A stretch of 64,000 nt of DNA from positions 181,102,001 through 181,166,000 of the forward strand of contig OZ024743.1 in NCBI GenBank assembly GCA_964016885.1, given 5' to 3'. A program made the translations under genes and the position numbers. The notes under the pieces are model-generated. The model worked only from the letters and a program-made list of their open reading frames with translations. It was not told the origin of the DNA and did no database searches. Source of the stretch: Eledone cirrhosa. Lineage: Eukaryota. Shown piece by piece: positions 59,675-64,000 of this stretch (the first letter of the stretch is position 1; every line of letters starts with the position of its first letter).

Positions 59675-62288
59675 CGAAGGAAATGTGGTAAGGAACCAGG
59701 TGGACCATAACGCACCAAAGTACTCAATACTTAGGGTAGTAGAGTGGGTAATAGGAACGAGTAGGACCCCGACGGCTGAGCTCAAGCCGTTTCGACGGCT
59801 AATTCTGGACTAAATGAACATTTTTATCCTGGTATATGAATAGCCGAGCTTCTCAGGGGGTAATTCCATATATGGTAAAAGTGATCGTCACAAGGATTGG
59901 TCAAAAGTTTGTTGTTGAGACACATAATTCTATCATGGCAATTTGTGGAGGGAAGGGGTAGCTGAACCTGCCAGTAGAAGAAAGAGGAAGAGGGGGTGGA
60001 GGAAACCCAGTCGTGCGTTGATAGTGCCAACTACAGCTGGACAGGAGGTCAAGGAAGTATACTAGGGAGGGGGAGGGGAGGAAGTATACTAGGGAAGGGG
60101 AGGGGAAGGAAGTCGAAACAATAAGTAAAACAATATGGGGTAAATATATAGAAAAATACCGAGAATGTTAAAAAAACAATTAAATATAAAAAAAAAATTT
60201 CTGGTTACTATAACCTAAGGACAGCTATCAAGTCTCTCACTGGTACTGCTAGACTAAAGAAAGGTTTACTAGGTGGGACGGAATTATAATGAGACCCTTT
60301 TAAGAGGTATTAGTAATCAACCGAGTATATCTTACGGTGACGGGTCAACAAGTGGGGGGCCAAAATACTAAAGAAACTACCACGAAATAATAATTCAGAG
60401 TCCCGAGACTAATACGAAATAAAGGTTTCAACCCCAGGCACCAGGCCAGCAACCACACAGTGCAAAAAAAATAAACTAATACGAAATAATAATTCAGAAT
60501 CCTGAAAAAAAACATCGTCTCCTCTAACAACAAAAAACTCAACCCCTAGGGAAGAAATAACCTAAATAGCAGTGGAGGGCCGACCAGGAGGTGCAACTGT
60601 CCTGATGGATCCATTTTCCCCCTCGACAACAGATGCAGAGATCGTAATGTGATCTACCAGTGCAACGTGAGGACGGACACCTCCAACAAAGCTTATATAG
60701 GATTAACCGCAAGGTACTTCAAGACCCGGCTATACCAACACAGACATACCTTCCGAAACCCGGCCCGGCGTCACGCCACTACACTTTCGGGCCACATATG
60801 GGACCTCAAGGATAATAATATTACCTATGATCTCACTTGGAGCTTACTGTCCAGAGCCAACTCTTACACGGGAGGACGCCGTCCGTGCAATTTATGCTCG
60901 GAGGAAACTTTACAAATGCTGTTTTCGACGGACCAACTCCTAAACAAGAAAGATGAACTGGTAACTGCATGTAAACACAGATTGCGTAGGACTTACCTCG
61001 CCCTCAAACCCCATAATGACCCGGGGGGTAGACAAGGGCTATAACACCCCACTTGCCAACTCTGTAATGGGTAACCCTTGCTTGCAAAGGTAGACGTAAG
61101 ATCGTCTTTTATATCTTTTTATCGCTTCCTCTATATTTCCTTCTACCCCCCCATCCCTCCTTAGTCCTTCCACCCCAGTCCTCTTTCTTTGTCGTCGTCC
61201 TTTTCACTTTCTCGCCCACCCGAGGCAGCCCCTCGGTCCTTTGTAGCCTCAGTACCCCAACCCCCTTCCCCTATTCTATGATAGAATTGGCCGACTCCGC
61301 TTTTTATAGCAGATGTGATAGACCACGGATACTTGCCTTCTTATCCGATGGCTTCCCCTTTTCCGTGCTGTCTACATTTCTTAGTGGTATCTTTAATTTC
61401 TCGTATATCAGTAGTTATTTTTTTTTTTTGGGGGGGGGCTTCTGAATTAATTTTCGGTATCAAATTTTTCATATACTTCGTACGAGCATTTATGTAGTTT
61501 GCACTAGAATTTTTGTATCGTAGCGGCACCCTTAGAGATAGTATTAGTATTCTTTTTCGGGATTCTGAATTATTATTTCGTATTAGTTTATTTTTTTGCA
61601 CTGGGTGGTTGCTGGCCTGGTGCCTGGGGTTGAAACCTTTATTTCGTATTAGTCTCGGGACTCTGAATTATTATTTCGTGGTAGTTTCTTTAGTATTTTG
61701 GTCCCCCATTTGTTGACCCGTCACCGTAAGATATACTCGGTTGATTACTAATACCTCTTAAAAGGGTCTCATTATAATTCCGTCCCACCTAGTAAACCTT
61801 TCTTTAGTCTAGCAGTACCAGTGAGAGACTTGATAGCTGTCCTTAGGTTATAGTAACCAGAAATTGTTTTTGTTTTTTTTAATATATTTAATTGTTTTTT
61901 TAACATTCTCGGTATTTTTCTATATATTTACCCCATATTGTTTTACTTATTGTTTCGACTTCCTCCCCCTCCCCCTCCCTAGTATACTTCCTTGACATCC
62001 TGCCCAGCTGTAGTTGGCACTATCAACGCACGACTGGGTTTCCTCCACCCACTCTCCCTCTTTCTTCTACTGGCAGGTTCAGCTACCCCTTCCCTCCACA
62101 AATTGCCATGATAGAATTATGTGTCTCAACAACAAACTTTTGACCAATCCTTGAGACAATCACTTTTACCATATATGGAATTACCCCCTGAGAAGCTCGG
62201 CTATTCATATACCAGGATAAAAATGTTCATTTAGTCCAGAATTAGCCGTCGAAACGGCTTGAGCTCAGCCGTCGGGGTCCTACTCGTT

Positions 62289-62291
<3 letters not shown>
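59672..62291 (+). mobile_element. Penelope-like element family B: 5'-truncated copy 60503-62291 (GIY-YIG 60590-61044) preceded by inverted 3' copy 59672-60502
   Basis: RCNC..FP..RC..NVIYQC..AYIGLT..FKTRLYQH..CNLCSEE..LLNKKDE..CKH. Variant HHR acccc-CTGAGAAG..cggcta..tagccgtc-GAAA-cggct..agccg-TC-ggggt at 62183-62278 (+) and 59766-59861 (-). Confidence 0.92.
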
Positions 62292-62329
<38 letters not shown>

Positions 62330-62336
<7 letters not shown>

Positions 62337-63088
62337 CAAGGTCTACCAAATAGATAAAAAGTTTTAAAATAAATTTTAAAAAATTCGCAGTACTTACTAT
62401 ATGTGCATTTACCGCGGTTTCATGCTCCAGAATAAACGCAAAATCCAAGCGGATTTCCATTGAGAAGGGACCAATCTTCAGAAGGCTCTTCTCCCTCGGA
62501 GAATATAAAATTCCCGAGTTCAAATCACAAATTGACGCCATACAAAACCATTTAAATGAGAGCGAATGATGAAAGAAATAATTCTGTCTGGTGCCGTGTG
62601 CAAAGACAAAAGGCAGGGTAGACAGGTCAATGTCCTGCCACTAGAAATAGCAGCAGTCCAAACGGCCAAAATTGTATCTCTACCTTAGGGGGAGATCAAT
62701 AATAATAAAGTATGAATTCCTACGTGTAAAAAATACATATAGGGAAACAAGTATTATCCAACTGTATGTCAATGTGGTTCTATGGCGGGTTAATAAATTA
62801 ACAAGCCAGAACATATAAAATCCAGGTCTAGTAAAAATAGAAAAAAGTTTTAAAATAAATTTTAAAAAATTCGCAGTTATTACTATATGTGCCTTTATCG
62901 CGGTTTCATGCTCCAGAATAAACGGAAAATCCAAGCGGATTTTAATTGAGAAGGGAGCAATCTTCAGAAGGCTCTTCTCCCTCGGAGAATATAAAAATCA
63001 CAAACTGACGCCATACAAAACCATTCCGAAATGAGAGCGAATGATGAAAGAAATAATTCTGTCTGGTACCGTGTGCAAAGACAAAAGG

Positions 63089-63089
<1 letters not shown>
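62330..63089 (-). repeat. 486-bp HHR-bearing tandem dimer (~1.6 units)
   Basis: Minus: gcctt-CTGAAGA-t-tgctcc..ggagca-t-GAAA-ccgcg(g/a)-TA-aaggc at 62891-62972, and a variant at 62405-62486. Confidence 0.85.
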
Positions 63090-63142
<53 letters not shown>

Positions 63143-63211
63143 GTAATAAACAACATATATATATTTATAGATATATATATATTTATATTTATGTAATAAA
63201 CAACATACATA

Positions 63212-63259
<48 letters not shown>

Positions 63260-63262
<3 letters not shown>

Positions 63263-63409
63263 GATATATTAACAAATGGAAACTATATTTATAAAACCAT
63301 ATTTATTTCATTATACATAATTCATTTTTACTCCAATAATTTATTGAGTACTTTATATCAGTTATAAAAATATTTGCTTGTTGTATCCCAACAATTTAAA
63401 TAGAACTTC

Positions 63410-63413
<4 letters not shown>
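63260..63413. mobile_element. PLE family A short inverted remnant
   Basis: aaatggaaactatatttataaaaccatatttatttcattatacata plus tail matching 20300-20405 and 6510-6600. Confidence 0.7.
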
Positions 63414-63481
<68 letters not shown>

Positions 63482-63514
63482 TGTAATAAACAACATATAT
63501 ATATATATATATGG

Positions 63515-63806
63515 TTATGTAATAAACAACATAAGACAATTATTCCATTTACCAAAGGTTTCACGAAGACAGACGAGCTCGACACAGACGTCTGAAATCG
63601 CTCATCAGAATGAAATTTTATTTTAAAACCAAATAAAATTTCATTCTGATGAGCGATTTCAGACGTCTGTGTCGAGCTCGTCTGTCTTCGTGAAACCTTT
63701 GGTAAATGGAATAATTGTCTTATGTTGTTTATTACATAACTAAATAGCTCTGTAGCCTACATAGAGCACTCTCCTTTCCTTTACCTTTCCTACGGAAACA
63801 CTTAAT
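63515..63806. mobile_element. Fold-back insertion with HHR in each arm
   Basis: ttcatt-CTGATGA-gcga..cagacg..cgtctg..tcgt-GAAA-cc(ttt)gg-TA-aatgga at 63640-63710 (+) and 63544-63614 (-). Confidence 0.88.
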
Positions 63807-63850
63807 ATATATATATATATATGTATATATATAAGCTGCTGCTTCTGCTG

Positions 63851-63910
63851 CTACTACTACTATCACTACTACTACCACTACTATTACCACTACTACTACT
63901 ACTACTACTA

Positions 63911-63948
<38 letters not shown>
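63851..63948 (+). repeat. (TAC)n microsatellite
   Basis: Direct observation. Confidence 0.95.
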
Positions 63949-63950
<2 letters not shown>

Positions 63951-64000
63951 ACTTTTCCTTTTTATTTGGTTTCCAATCGAATCACTTTCTTTTATCAGGC

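Overview
Eukaryotic, AT-rich, (TA)n-microsatellite-saturated repeat DNA with no host gene exon I can support. It is probably cephalopod/Octopus-like; this is an inference from SINE types and composition. It contains a disrupted RTE LINE, an R4/Dong fragment, two 5'-truncated Tx1/L1-type LINEs, mariner and Tc1 remnants, two Helitrons, tRNA-derived SINEs and RTE-derived non-autonomous elements. The dominant signal is a dense set of Penelope-like (GIY-YIG) insertions and non-coding relatives sitting in (TA)n. Most carry a type I hammerhead ribozyme (HHR) motif read by eye (stem I-CTGANGA-stem II-GAAA-short/palindromic stem III-TH-stem I), and more than a dozen sequence families are present. Four non-coding repeat families (units 531, ~520, 466 and 486 bp) carry one HHR per unit and resemble retrozyme concatemers. 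Many insertions share one architecture: a fold-back inverted pair in which only one arm has an extra 3' tail. Folds were assigned manually and no activity or database search was run.
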